Notes: generated by a model not told the origin, from the letters alone. Numbered from the stretch's first letter, positions 19,744 to 29,129 are shown. The stretch is DNA of 64,000 nt from Microbacterium sp. (GCF_051860965.1 NZ_JBIMKU010000003.1:367671-431670), one strand, 5' to 3'. Made by a program: numbers and translations.

Positions 19744-19830
19744 TTCCTATGCGGTTCCTATGGAGCGGGCTATGCGCTCGCTGTGAGTCCGTGCCGCGGC
19801 ATCCATCAGCGGTTCATAGGCTCCGCTGAT
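19744..19830. promoter_or_regulatory. Divergent control region with four CTATG/CTGTG repeats (11, 12, 11-bp spacing) and an 8-bp inverted repeat around TTCATAG
   Basis: CTATG at 19747, 19758 and 19770; CTGTG at 19781; ATCAGCGG (19805) / CCGCTGAT (19823). Confidence 0.6.
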
Positions 19831-19895
19831 CCGTCGCATCGACGGCGTCCCTAGCTTCGGTGTCGACGGCCCGAGGCGGGCCTGGAAGGAGCCGC

Positions 19896-21350
19896 ATGTA
19901 CGGCACGTATCTCCGGCGCGAGCTCGCCGGCCGCAAGAAGCAGACGATCATCGTGGCCGCGGGCCTCGCGGTCGCGATCGCCCTCGTCATCATCGTCAAC
20001 TCGCTGGCCGCAGGGGTGCGGGATGCCCAAGCCCAGGCGCTCGCGTCGGTCTACGGGGTGGGCACCGACCTCACCGTGACGGGCGCTCAGGCCGAGCCCG
20101 GTCAGGGCGGGCAGCGATTCGACTTCGGAGAGGACGCCGGGACGACGGGCGAGGACGGCTCGACCGAGCTCAGCCAGTCGCGTCTCATGACCGAGCCGAT
20201 GCGCTCGACCCTCGATGCGTCGATCCTCGACACCGTGTCCGGCGTCGACGGGGTGGCCGCGGCATCCGGCGCCCTCAGCCTCACCAACATGACGTTCTCG
20301 GGCGAGCTGCCGCAGCGCCCCGCCGAGGGCACCGACCAGACGCAGCAGGCGCCGCCGGAGGGCGGGGCGCAGGGCGGATTCGGCGGCGGGTCGTTCGGCG
20401 TCGACTCCGTCACGGTGCTCGGCATCGACCCCGCGGCGGACGCGGTGGGGCCCCTGTCGGCCGTGTCGGTCGACGACGGCCGCGCTCTGGAGTCGTCGGA
20501 CGACGGCGCCTTCGTCGCCGTGCTCGACGCCACCTACGCCACGACGGCGGACCTCGGCGTCGGCGACACGATCGAGCTCGGCGGAACCTCGTTCGAGATC
20601 GTCGGTGTCGTCTCGTCCACGTCGAGCAGCGCGGACACCGCGTCGAACGCGTACATCCCCCTCGACGTGGCGCAGGAGCTCTCGGGCGCCGGCGACGTGC
20701 TCTCGACCGTGTACGTGCAGGCGGCGTCCGCCGACGGCATCGCGACCGTCCAGGCGGCGATCGAGGACGCGGTTCCGGATGCCACGGTCAGCTCGCAGTC
20801 GGACCTCGCCTCGACGGTGTCGGGCTCGCTCTCGAGCGCCTCGTCGCTCATCACGAGTCTCGGCACGTGGCTGTCGATCATCGTGCTCGCCGTCGCGGTG
20901 CTGCTCGCCGTGCTCTTCACGATCTCGGGCGTCTCGCGCCGCACGCGGGAGTTCGGCACGCTCAAGGCGATCGGCTGGTCCAACGGCCGCGTCGTCGGCC
21001 AGGTCGCCGGCGAATCCCTCGTCCAGGGCCTCATCGGCGGTGCCGTCGGCCTCGTGATCGGCCTCGCGGGCATCTGGGCGATCAATCTCGTCTCGCCGAC
21101 GATCTCGACCGCTCCTGCGGCCGAGACGATGCCGGGCGGGCCGGGCGGCATGACGCAGGGCGGGGGCCCCGGCTTCCTGGGCGGCACCGCTCAGGTATCC
21201 GCGGACGTCGTGCTCAACGCGCCGTTCACCCTGTGGGTCGTCGTCGCGGCGGTCGGACTCGCCGTGGCGGCCGGCCTCATCGCCGGCGCGTTCGGCGGCT
21301 GGCGCGCAGCGCGGCTCAGCCCGGCCGAAGCCCTCCGATCGGTGGGGTGA
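19896..21350 (+). CDS. FtsX/MacB-type ABC transporter permease
   Basis: N-terminal TM, large extracytoplasmic domain, RRTREFGTLKAIGW, C-terminal PAEALR; SD GAAGGAG. Confidence 0.9.
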   Translation: MYGTYLRRELAGRKKQTIIVAAGLAVAIALVIIVNSLAAGVRDAQAQALASVYGVGTDLTVTGAQAEPGQGGQRFDFGEDAGTTGEDGSTELSQSRLMTEPMRSTLDASILDTVSGVDGVAAASGALSLTNMTFSGELPQRPAEGTDQTQQAPPEGGAQGGFGGGSFGVDSVTVLGIDPAADAVGPLSAVSVDDGRALESSDDGAFVAVLDATYATTADLGVGDTIELGGTSFEIVGVVSSTSSSADTASNAYIPLDVAQELSGAGDVLSTVYVQAASADGIATVQAAIEDAVPDATVSSQSDLASTVSGSLSSASSLITSLGTWLSIIVLAVAVLLAVLFTISGVSRRTREFGTLKAIGWSNGRVVGQVAGESLVQGLIGGAVGLVIGLAGIWAINLVSPTISTAPAAETMPGGPGGMTQGGGPGFLGGTAQVSADVVLNAPFTLWVVVAAVGLAVAAGLIAGAFGGWRAARLSPAEALRSVG

Positions 21351-21393
21351 GGCATCCATGACCAGTCAGAACATCATCCGTGAAGGAGACACC

Positions 21394-22116
21394 GTGTCCA
21401 TGACCCAGACCCAGCAGCCGCCCGTGGAGGCGCCGCTCGCCCGCCTCTACCGACTCGCAGACGTCACGCGCACCTATCGGCAGAAGGATCGCGTCGTGAA
21501 GGCGCTCGCCGGCGTCGACCTCGAGATCGCGGCAGGCGAGTTCGTCACGATCCAAGGGCCGACGGGCGGCGGCAAGTCGACGCTCCTGCAGCTGCTCGGC
21601 GCTCTCGACCGCCCGAGCACGGGCGCCGTGCAGCTCGGCGAGATCGACATCGCGACGGCATCCAACGCCGAGCTCGGGCGCATCCGCGCGAGCGAGATCG
21701 GCTTCGTCTTCCAGGGGTTCAACCTCATTCCGACCCTGACAGCCGCCGAGAACGTCGACATGGCGCTCGAACCGCTCGGTCTGGCTCGGACCGAGCGCGC
21801 GGAGCGCGTCGCCGAGGCCCTCGCGCACGTCGGGCTCGCCGATCGTGCCGATCACCGGCCGGGCGAGCTGTCGGGCGGTCAGCAGCAGCGCGTCGCGATC
21901 GCGCGCGCGATCGTCAAGCGCCCGCGCGTCCTTCTGGCCGACGAGCCGACGGGCAACCTCGACGAGAGCATGCGCGACGAGATCCTGGCGCTCCTGGAGG
22001 GGCTCAACGCCGAGGGGCTCACCCTCATCGTCGTCACGCACGACTCGGCGGTCGCCCGCCGCGCGTCGCGCCGGCTGCGACTCGAGAAGGGGACCGTGCG
22101 CGACATCACGCGCTGA
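21394..22116 (+). CDS. ABC transporter ATP-binding protein (LolD/MacB type)
   Basis: GPTGGGKST, LSGGQQQRVAIARA, LLADEPTGNLD, VTHD; start uncertain (21358, 21394 or 21400). Confidence 0.92.
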   Translation: MSMTQTQQPPVEAPLARLYRLADVTRTYRQKDRVVKALAGVDLEIAAGEFVTIQGPTGGGKSTLLQLLGALDRPSTGAVQLGEIDIATASNAELGRIRASEIGFVFQGFNLIPTLTAAENVDMALEPLGLARTERAERVAEALAHVGLADRADHRPGELSGGQQQRVAIARAIVKRPRVLLADEPTGNLDESMRDEILALLEGLNAEGLTLIVVTHDSAVARRASRRLRLEKGTVRDITR

Positions 22117-22121
22117 GCGCG

Positions 22122-23111
22122 TCAGCCCGCGGAGCGGGCGAAGGCGGCCATCCGGTCGAACGCGGCGTCGAGATCCTCGTCGACGACCTGCGCGTCCGGA
22201 TGGCCGTCGTAGTACGCCAGGATGCCGCGCGCGCCCTCGTCGAAGGTCACGGTCGTCTCGAACTCGGGCACGAGTGCGCGCACCTTGGCGTTGTCGAACA
22301 CCATCGAGTGCGCCTTGTCTCCGAGAAGCGTCGGGCCGAGCTCGGGGCGGAAGGCGGCGATCGCGTCGCTCGTGACGTGGACGAGATCGGGGTCGGCGAC
22401 GCCCGCGGCATCCGCCAGCCACCCGTAGATGCTGTTCCAGGTCGGGGCGTGGTCGCCCGTGATGGTGAACGCCTCGCCGATCGCGGCGGGGTTGCCGAGA
22501 AGCCCCGTCACGGCGACCGCGACGTCGTCGGCGTGCGTGATCGTCCACTGCGTCGTGCCGTCTCCGTGCACGACGACGGGCTTGCCCGCCCGCATGCGGG
22601 CGATGTCGGTCCAGTGACCCATCGTCGGGAGCAACTGCCGGTCGTAGGTGTGCGACGGGCGGATGACGGTGACCGGCAGATCCCGTTCGGCGTGCGCCCG
22701 GAACAGCAGGTCCTCGCAGGCGATCTTGTCGCGCGAGTACTGCCAGAACGGGTTCACGAGCGGTGTCCGCTCGGTGACGGGCAGGTGCGACGGCGGCTTC
22801 TCGTACGCCGACGCGGAGCTCACGAAGAGGTACTGGCCTGTGCGACCCTCGAAGACGCCGAGCATGTTCTCGACGTGTTCGGGCACGAACGACAGGAAGT
22901 CCGCGACGACATCGAACTCTCCGCCGCCGAGCGCCTCGCGAAGCCCTGCGGGATCGCGCACGTCGGCGACGACCTCGCGCACGCCGTCGGGGACGGGCCG
23001 GCGTGCCGTGCCGCGGTTCAGGACCGTCACGTCGTGACCGCGTTCGAGCGATCGGCGCACGCTCGCCGCGCTGATGGTTCCGGTTCCGCCGAGGTAGAGG
23101 ATGCTCGTCAT
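22122..23111 (-). CDS. NAD-dependent epimerase/dehydratase family protein
   Basis: YLGGTGTIS Rossmann motif, FVSSASAY, YSRDK (YxxxK); leaderless TATCGT plus 7 nt. Confidence 0.85.
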   Translation of the reverse strand: MTSILYLGGTGTISAASVRRSLERGHDVTVLNRGTARRPVPDGVREVVADVRDPAGLREALGGGEFDVVADFLSFVPEHVENMLGVFEGRTGQYLFVSSASAYEKPPSHLPVTERTPLVNPFWQYSRDKIACEDLLFRAHAERDLPVTVIRPSHTYDRQLLPTMGHWTDIARMRAGKPVVVHGDGTTQWTITHADDVAVAVTGLLGNPAAIGEAFTITGDHAPTWNSIYGWLADAAGVADPDLVHVTSDAIAAFRPELGPTLLGDKAHSMVFDNAKVRALVPEFETTVTFDEGARGILAYYDGHPDAQVVDEDLDAAFDRMAAFARSAG

Positions 23112-23149
23112 GACCCTCACGATACGGTGCCGACCGTAGGCTGAACGCC

Positions 23150-24163
23150 ATGTCCGTCATCGACACCGCCGTCTACGTCGAGGGCGCCGCAGTCACCCGC
23201 GGTGCGAGTCCGGCCGAGGCGATCGCCGACGCCCGCGCGCGCGGCGGGATCGTGTGGATCGGCCTTCGCTCGCCCGAGCCCGCCGAGCTCGAATCCCTCG
23301 TCGAGCCGTTGGCGCTGCATCCCCTCGCCGTCCGCGACGCCCTCCGCGGCCACGAGCGCTCCAAGCTCGAGGAATTCGGCGACATGGTCTTCCTCGTCCT
23401 GCAGCCGGCGCGCTACATCGACGAGACCGAACGTCTCGAGTGCTCCGAGGTCGATCTGTTCGTCGGCCCGGACTACGTCGTCACGGTCCAGAGTGACGAC
23501 CTCATCGACCCGGCGCGCATGCGCGATGATCTCGAAGACCACCCCGAAGTGCTCCGCAAGGGGACCTTCGGCATCGTGTGGGCGATCATGTCGGCGGTGA
23601 TCGGCGGATACGCGCCGGTGCTCGACGGCGTCGAGAACGACATCGACGAGATCGAGGAGGAGATCTTCTCCGACAAGCCCAAGGTGTCTCGACGCATCTT
23701 CAGTCTCCAGCGCGAGGTCATCGATCTGCAGCACGCGACCGACCCTCTGCGCGACATGCTCGACCGCCTCCAGGACGTCGTGCGCGCATCGACGCACACC
23801 GCCGCCGCGCCCGCCTTCCATGATCTCGACGACCGCGCCCGGCACGTGATCGACAAGGTGCACGGCCTGCGGCAGACGCTCGACAACGCGCTGACGGTGC
23901 ACGCGAGCCTCGTCGACCAGCAGAGCAACGAGGAGATGCGCCGGATGACGGAGTTCGGGCTGCAGCAGAACGACCAGGTCAAGAAGATCTCGTCGTGGGC
24001 GGCCATCCTGTTCGCCCCGACGCTCGTCGGCACGATCTACGGCATGAACTTCGACAACATGCCTGAGCTCCACTGGACGTACGGTTACTACGTCGCACTC
24101 GGCCTCATGGTCGCGACGAGCGTCACGCTCTACATCGTCTTCAAGCGCAAGGACTGGCTGTAG
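23150..24163 (+). CDS. corA: CorA family Mg2+/Co2+ transporter
   Basis: YGMNFDNMPEL signature between two C-terminal TM helices. Confidence 0.92.
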   Translation: MSVIDTAVYVEGAAVTRGASPAEAIADARARGGIVWIGLRSPEPAELESLVEPLALHPLAVRDALRGHERSKLEEFGDMVFLVLQPARYIDETERLECSEVDLFVGPDYVVTVQSDDLIDPARMRDDLEDHPEVLRKGTFGIVWAIMSAVIGGYAPVLDGVENDIDEIEEEIFSDKPKVSRRIFSLQREVIDLQHATDPLRDMLDRLQDVVRASTHTAAAPAFHDLDDRARHVIDKVHGLRQTLDNALTVHASLVDQQSNEEMRRMTEFGLQQNDQVKKISSWAAILFAPTLVGTIYGMNFDNMPELHWTYGYYVALGLMVATSVTLYIVFKRKDWL

Positions 24164-24167
24164 GGCG

Positions 24168-25019
24168 CTACTTCGTCTCGCCGGTCGTCCCCGGCGGGAA
24201 CGCGAGCGCGGGTCCGCCCTTCAGCGTCGCGTCGAGCCACCTCACGAGCAGTCCGTTCGACAGCGCGAGCTGCGCTCCCCGCGGGATGGCGCCGCGGTCG
24301 CAGCCCAATCCGAAGAACGACGACGAGTCGAGGAAGCCGCAGTGGTACCCGCCGGTGATCGACACGAAGGCCGACGGCGAGGGAGCGGCGGCGAAGATCG
24401 AGCGCGTGGATGCGGGGCGCACGACCGTGTCGGAGGAACCGACGACGAAGAGCGACGGGGCGGCGATGCCGGGCGCCGCAGCGACGGCCGAGGGCCGGGT
24501 GTCGGCGGCCGCGAGCGTCGCCACGGCGTCGATGCCGGGCGCGCGGGATGCCGCGAGGACCGCGGCACCGCCGCCCATGGAGTGCCCGGCGACGGCGTCC
24601 AGCGCGCGATCGGCGTTCGGCAGCGTGCGCTGAGCCCACGTGATCGCCACGGTGAGGTCGTCCGCGAACGACGAGTGGCTGGGCAGGAGCCCCGTCTGCG
24701 TGTTGGGAGCGATGACGATGTAGCCGCTGGAGGCGAGCGCTGCGAGCGTCGACTGGTAGCGGCTGGCCGACTGCGTGAAGCCGTGGCCGAACCCGATGAC
24801 CGGATAGACGCCCGGAGCCGTGGGCTGGACGAGGCGTGCCGAGAAGCGGCGGCCGTTCTCTGAGACCGTGACCGTGGTGGTCGCGACCGGGAGCCCGGCG
24901 ACGACGGCTGACACGGCGGCAGGTGACGCGAGCCCGGTCTGTGCGGACGCGGCCGCGGGGGCGAGGAGGAGTGCGGCGGCGACGACGGCGGCGCCTGCCA
25001 GCTTCGCGGTGCGGTTCAT
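24168..25019 (-). CDS. Secreted alpha/beta hydrolase (chlorophyllase/cutinase-like)
   Basis: Signal peptide ending AAASA; GHGF, GHSMGGG nucleophile, GSSD (Asp), GGYHC (His); leaderless TACGAT plus 6 nt. Confidence 0.82.
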   Translation of the reverse strand: MNRTAKLAGAAVVAAALLLAPAAASAQTGLASPAAVSAVVAGLPVATTTVTVSENGRRFSARLVQPTAPGVYPVIGFGHGFTQSASRYQSTLAALASSGYIVIAPNTQTGLLPSHSSFADDLTVAITWAQRTLPNADRALDAVAGHSMGGGAAVLAASRAPGIDAVATLAAADTRPSAVAAAPGIAAPSLFVVGSSDTVVRPASTRSIFAAAPSPSAFVSITGGYHCGFLDSSSFFGLGCDRGAIPRGAQLALSNGLLVRWLDATLKGGPALAFPPGTTGETK

Positions 25020-25125
25020 GCCGCGATCGTAGGTCGAGCCGCGCGCCGTCGAAAGGGCTTGCCCGCGCCGGAGCGATTCGGTAGCGGCGCCGCCGATGTC
25101 GGCTGCGCTCGCTATGGTGGCGCAC

Positions 25126-26448
25126 ATGAACGTCGAAGGTCTCCGCTCCGCCCTGCCCTCGGCCGTCGTCGCGCCCGGCGACGACGGCTGGGACGCCGCC
25201 CGACTCTTCCACTCCGGCATCGGCGAGCCCGACGCCGTCGTGCGCGCTCGATCGGTCGCCGACGTGCAGGCCGCGGTGCGCTGGGCGTCGGCGGTCGGTG
25301 CGCCGGTCATGGTCCGGGGCGGCGGGCACAGTGCGTGGGGGAGTGTGCCCGGCGGACTCACGATCGATCTCTCGGCGCTCGCCGACGTCGCCGTCGACGG
25401 CAGCCTCGTGAGCGTCGGCGGCGGTGCGACGTGGGGCGCGGTCGCGCATGAACTCGCCGCGCACGGCCTCGGCGTCAGCTCCGGTGACACGGCCTCGGTC
25501 GGCGTCGGCGGTCTCACCCTCGGCGGCGGGATCGGCTGGATGGTGCGTGCGTGGGGCCTCGCATCCGATCAGCTCGAGAGCGCGCAGCTGGTGACGGCGG
25601 CAGGTGAGGTCGTCGAGGCGACGGATGCCTCGCATCCCGATCTCCTCTGGGCCCTGCGCGGTGGCGGCGGCAACGTCGGCGTCGTCACGCGGTTCGACTT
25701 CCGCGCGCACGCTCTGCCCTCGGTCGTCTTCGCCACGCTCGGCGTCTCGGGCGACGCGCGCCCCGTCCTGCGCGCGATGCGCGACGCTCTCTCAGACGCG
25801 CCGCGCGACCTCACGGTCACGTTCATGGATGTCCCGCCGATGGACCCGAGCGCGCCCGAGGGGGCGACGATCACGGCGTGCTGGATCGGCCCCGACGAGA
25901 TCGCCGCGCGTGCGGCGCTCCTTCCGCTCCTCGCGCTCGAGGGCGTGACCGAGATCGATCTCGGTGTCCGGGCGTACCCCGACATCCTCCTCGACGCTCC
26001 CGACTTCGACCCCGCTCAGCCGATGCCGGGGTTCGTCGGCGGCAACGCGCTCATCGCCGACCTCGGTGACGACGCGATCGACCGCCTCGTCGCCTTCCGC
26101 GAAGCGCATCCCGCCTCGGTGCTGTTCCTGCGGTCGCTCGGCGGCGCCTACGGCGATGCGGCCCAGGATTCCACGGCCTTCGCCGCGCGCGATGCGACAT
26201 GGTTCGCGATGGCCGGCGCCTTCGACATCCCGGGCATGCTCGACGACGACGAGCGCGCGGCGGCGGTCGCCGAGTGGGATGCCATCGAGCCCCTGGGTGT
26301 GGGCGTCTACGGAAACTTCACGACGTCGATCGATCCCGATTGGGTGCCGCGGATGTATCCGCCCGCGACGCTCTCCCGCCTGACCGGGATCAAGCGCGCG
26401 TGGGATCCCGAGAACCTCTTCTCACGGAACCACAACATCTGCCCATGA
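25126..26448 (+). CDS. FAD-linked oxidoreductase, berberine-bridge-enzyme (VAO/PCMH) family
   Basis: RGGGHS covalent-FAD His motif, VGVGGLTLGGG, LWALRGGGGNVGVVT, C-terminal KRAWDPENLF; TATGGT plus 7 nt. Confidence 0.9.
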   Translation: MNVEGLRSALPSAVVAPGDDGWDAARLFHSGIGEPDAVVRARSVADVQAAVRWASAVGAPVMVRGGGHSAWGSVPGGLTIDLSALADVAVDGSLVSVGGGATWGAVAHELAAHGLGVSSGDTASVGVGGLTLGGGIGWMVRAWGLASDQLESAQLVTAAGEVVEATDASHPDLLWALRGGGGNVGVVTRFDFRAHALPSVVFATLGVSGDARPVLRAMRDALSDAPRDLTVTFMDVPPMDPSAPEGATITACWIGPDEIAARAALLPLLALEGVTEIDLGVRAYPDILLDAPDFDPAQPMPGFVGGNALIADLGDDAIDRLVAFREAHPASVLFLRSLGGAYGDAAQDSTAFAARDATWFAMAGAFDIPGMLDDDERAAAVAEWDAIEPLGVGVYGNFTTSIDPDWVPRMYPPATLSRLTGIKRAWDPENLFSRNHNICP

Positions 26449-26459
26449 CCGGACGGCGC

Positions 26460-26495
26460 TTCGCTCGCCGCGCGCAGACGTGCGCGGCGGGCGAA
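26460..26495. terminator. Bidirectional hairpin between convergent genes
   Basis: TTCGCTCGCCGCGCGC / GTGCGCGGCGGGCGAA stem with G-U pairs. Confidence 0.65.
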
Positions 26496-26503
26496 GAACA
26501 GCC

Positions 26504-27952
26504 TCAGTGGGTGTCTTCCGCCTCGACCTCGGTGCGGTCGCCCGACCACAGGGTGTGGAACGTGCCGGGCTTGTCGATGCGCTTGTACGTGTGGGCGCCG
26601 AAGAAGTCGCGCTGCCCCTGGATGAGGGCGGCGGGCAGCCGCTCGGCGCGCAGGCCGTCGTAGTACGCGAGCGACGACGAGAACGCGGGCGCCGGGATGC
26701 CGACCTTCGCCGATGTCGCGACGATCTCGCGCCACGCGTCCTGCGCGCGCGTGAACACGTCGACGAAGAACGGCGCGGTGAGCAGGACGGGAAGGTCGGG
26801 AGTCTCGGCGTAGGCGTCGGTGATGCGGTTCAGGAACCGGGCGCGGATGATGCAGCCTCCGCGCCAGATCGCGGCGATCTTGCCGAGGTCGATGTTCCAG
26901 TCGTACTCGGCGGCGCCGGCGCGGATCTCGTCGAAACCCTGCGAGTAGGCGACGATCTTCGACGCGTAGAGCGCGAGGCGCACCTGCTCGATGAACGCGT
27001 CGGGATCCTCCGCCGTGAAGCCCTCCGTCGGGCCGGGCAGGTCGCGCGAGATCTCGCGTTGCTCCGGGTGCGACGACAGCGAGCGGGCGAAGGTCGCCTC
27101 GGCGATGCCCGAGACCGGGGTGCCGAGCGACAGCGCGGTCTGCACCGTCCAGGCGCCCGTGCCCTTCGCCCCGGCCTGGTCGAGGATGACGTCGACGAGG
27201 GGCCGGCCGGTCGCGGCATCCACCTGCCTGAGAACTTCGGCGGTGATCTCGATCAGGTACGACTCGAGCTCGCCCTTGTTCCACTCGGCGAAGACCTCGG
27301 CGATCTCGGCCGGCGTCTTCCCCGTGCCGCGGCGGATGAGGTCGTACGCCTCGGCGATGAGCTGCATGTCGGCGTACTCGATGCCGTTGTGCACCATCTT
27401 GACGAAGTGGCCCGCGCCGTCGTGGCCGACGTGCGTGACGCACGGCTCGCCCTCGGCGATCGCCGCGATCGAGCGCAGGATCGGGCCGAGCGTGACCCAC
27501 GACTCGTCGGAGCCGCCGGGCATGAGCGAGGGGCCGAGCAGGGCGCCCTCCTCGCCGCCCGAGACGCCCATGCCGACGTAGTTGATACCCGTCTCGCGGA
27601 CGGCCTTCTCACGTCGGATGGTGTCGGTGAACAGGCTGTTGCCGCCGTCGACGATGATGTCGCCCGGCTCGAAGACGCGGACGAGCTCGTCGATCACGGC
27701 ATCGGTCGGGCCCCCGGCCTTGACCATGATGATCGCCGTGCGCGGCTTGACGAGCGATGCGGCGAACTCCTCGTACGAAGCGGTGGAAACGAAGCCGGCT
27801 TCGGGATGCTCCGTGACGAGCTCCTCGGTCTTGGCGTGTGTGCGGTTGTACACGGCGACCGTGTTGCCCTCACGACTCGCGAGATTGCGGGCGAGGTTCG
27901 ACCCCATCACCGCGAGCCCGACGACTCCGATGTTCGCTGCCTGCTCGGTCAC
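26504..27952 (-). CDS. gnd: NADP-dependent 6-phosphogluconate dehydrogenase (decarboxylating)
   Basis: GLAVMGSNLA, IIVDGGNS, GVSGGEEGA, KMVHNGIEY, QRDFFGAHTY; SD GAGGAG 5 nt before GTG 27952. Confidence 0.97.
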   Translation of the reverse strand: MTEQAANIGVVGLAVMGSNLARNLASREGNTVAVYNRTHAKTEELVTEHPEAGFVSTASYEEFAASLVKPRTAIIMVKAGGPTDAVIDELVRVFEPGDIIVDGGNSLFTDTIRREKAVRETGINYVGMGVSGGEEGALLGPSLMPGGSDESWVTLGPILRSIAAIAEGEPCVTHVGHDGAGHFVKMVHNGIEYADMQLIAEAYDLIRRGTGKTPAEIAEVFAEWNKGELESYLIEITAEVLRQVDAATGRPLVDVILDQAGAKGTGAWTVQTALSLGTPVSGIAEATFARSLSSHPEQREISRDLPGPTEGFTAEDPDAFIEQVRLALYASKIVAYSQGFDEIRAGAAEYDWNIDLGKIAAIWRGGCIIRARFLNRITDAYAETPDLPVLLTAPFFVDVFTRAQDAWREIVATSAKVGIPAPAFSSSLAYYDGLRAERLPAALIQGQRDFFGAHTYKRIDKPGTFHTLWSGDRTEVEAEDTH

Positions 27953-28045
27953 GTGCACTCCTCAAGACGCTGTGTTCGGGGGATGCCCCCAGCCTAGAGG
28001 TTCGTCCGCGGGGGCGCCGGGCGGCGCGTCACAGAACGGCGGCGG

Positions 28046-28171
28046 TCAGTCCTGGCGGTAGCCCGAGCGGCCCATCGACCAGAAGGCTCCGACGACGCCG
28101 AAGAAGCCGACGAGCGTGATGAGACCGATGACGCCCAGGAGCAGGTTCGATGCGAGCTGGCTGTCGATCAT
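28046..28171 (-). CDS. Small single-TM protein, 41 aa (MIDSQLASNLLLGVIGLITLVGFFGVVGAFWSMGRSGYRQD)
   Basis: SD GGAGG 6 nt before ATG, TACGAT -10 upstream, one hydrophobic helix with polar tail. Confidence 0.7.
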   Translation of the reverse strand: MIDSQLASNLLLGVIGLITLVGFFGVVGAFWSMGRSGYRQD

Positions 28172-28238
28172 GGGAGTCCTCCGTGGGGCGTACAGGGTGC
28201 GTTCCTCATCGTAGCGGGGCCGCTGGTAGACTTGACGC

Positions 28239-28384
28239 TGAACTTCGGCGAGGGATCGCTCGAGCCGCCGCATCGGCCGGCTCGGAGCATCCGTGATCGA
28301 CGCGGTGTTGCAGGCTTCACGGCTTTCCTCACGCGTGCGCGTTCGAGTCGAAACCAGACCTCACAACCCTGCAAGGAGAACACC
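28239..28384 (+). promoter_or_regulatory. Structured 5' leader of rplY, candidate autoregulatory element
   Basis: TAGACT -10 at 28227; long hairpin GGAT/ATCC, GCT/AGC, CGAGCCG/CGGCTCG; TTGCAGG (28308) can pair with CCTGCAA (28368) overlapping the SD. Confidence 0.55.
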
Positions 28385-29029
28385 ATGTCGACTGAGACCG
28401 ACACCAAGGTCCACGCCGAACTCCGCGAGAACTTCGGCAAGGGCTTCGCCCGCCGCCTGCGCGCGACCGGCCAGATCCCCGCCGTCATCTACGGGCACGG
28501 CACCGACCCCGTGCACGTCGCCCTCCCCGGTCACCAGGTCGCCCTGCTGATCCGCAAGGCGAACGTCGTGCTCGAGCTCGACGTCAACGGCACCGAGCAG
28601 CTCACGCTGGTCAAGGACGTCCAGAAGGACCCCGTGCACCAGATCATCGAGCACATCGACCTCCTCGTCGTGAAGAAGGGCGAGAAGGTCCAGGTCGACG
28701 TCCCGATCGTCGTCCTGGGCGAGCCGTTCGCCGGCACGATCGCCAACCTCGACAACGCGACCGTCGCGCTCGAGGTCGAGGCCACGCACATCCCCGAGAA
28801 CATCGAGGTCGACGTCGAGGGCCTCGAGGACGGCACGCACATCACCGCCGGCGACCTGAAGCTCCCGAAGGGCGCGTCCCTCGTCGCCGACGCCGAGCTG
28901 CTCATCGTCGCCATCTCGGTCCCGGCTGCGACGCTCGCCGCCGAGGACGAGATCGCCGAGGCTGACGCCGAGGTCGCGGCCGAGCAGTCCGAGGAGTCGG
29001 CCGAGGCCGCCGAAGAGGCCGCCGAGTAA
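28385..29029 (+). CDS. rplY: 50S ribosomal protein bL25/Ctc (general stress protein type)
   Basis: FGKGFARRLR, IPAVIYGHG, KDVQKDPV, HIDL, C-terminal domain and acidic tail; SD AAGGAG. Confidence 0.96.
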   Translation: MSTETDTKVHAELRENFGKGFARRLRATGQIPAVIYGHGTDPVHVALPGHQVALLIRKANVVLELDVNGTEQLTLVKDVQKDPVHQIIEHIDLLVVKKGEKVQVDVPIVVLGEPFAGTIANLDNATVALEVEATHIPENIEVDVEGLEDGTHITAGDLKLPKGASLVADAELLIVAISVPAATLAAEDEIAEADAEVAAEQSEESAEAAEEAAE

Positions 29030-29049
29030 TCTCAGCAGCAGACACCGCG

Positions 29050-29093
29050 CGGATGCCGCGTCGTCACCGGTCACCGGGGCGGCGCGGCATCCG
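29050..29093 (+). terminator. Terminator hairpin after rplY built from an inverted GGATGCC pair
   Basis: Perfect 11-bp arms CGGATGCCGCG / CGCGGCATCCG extended by G-U pairs. Confidence 0.75.
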
Positions 29094-29129
29094 TCGTCTG
29101 CGGCGGTGCCGCTCTGAAAGGATGGATGC

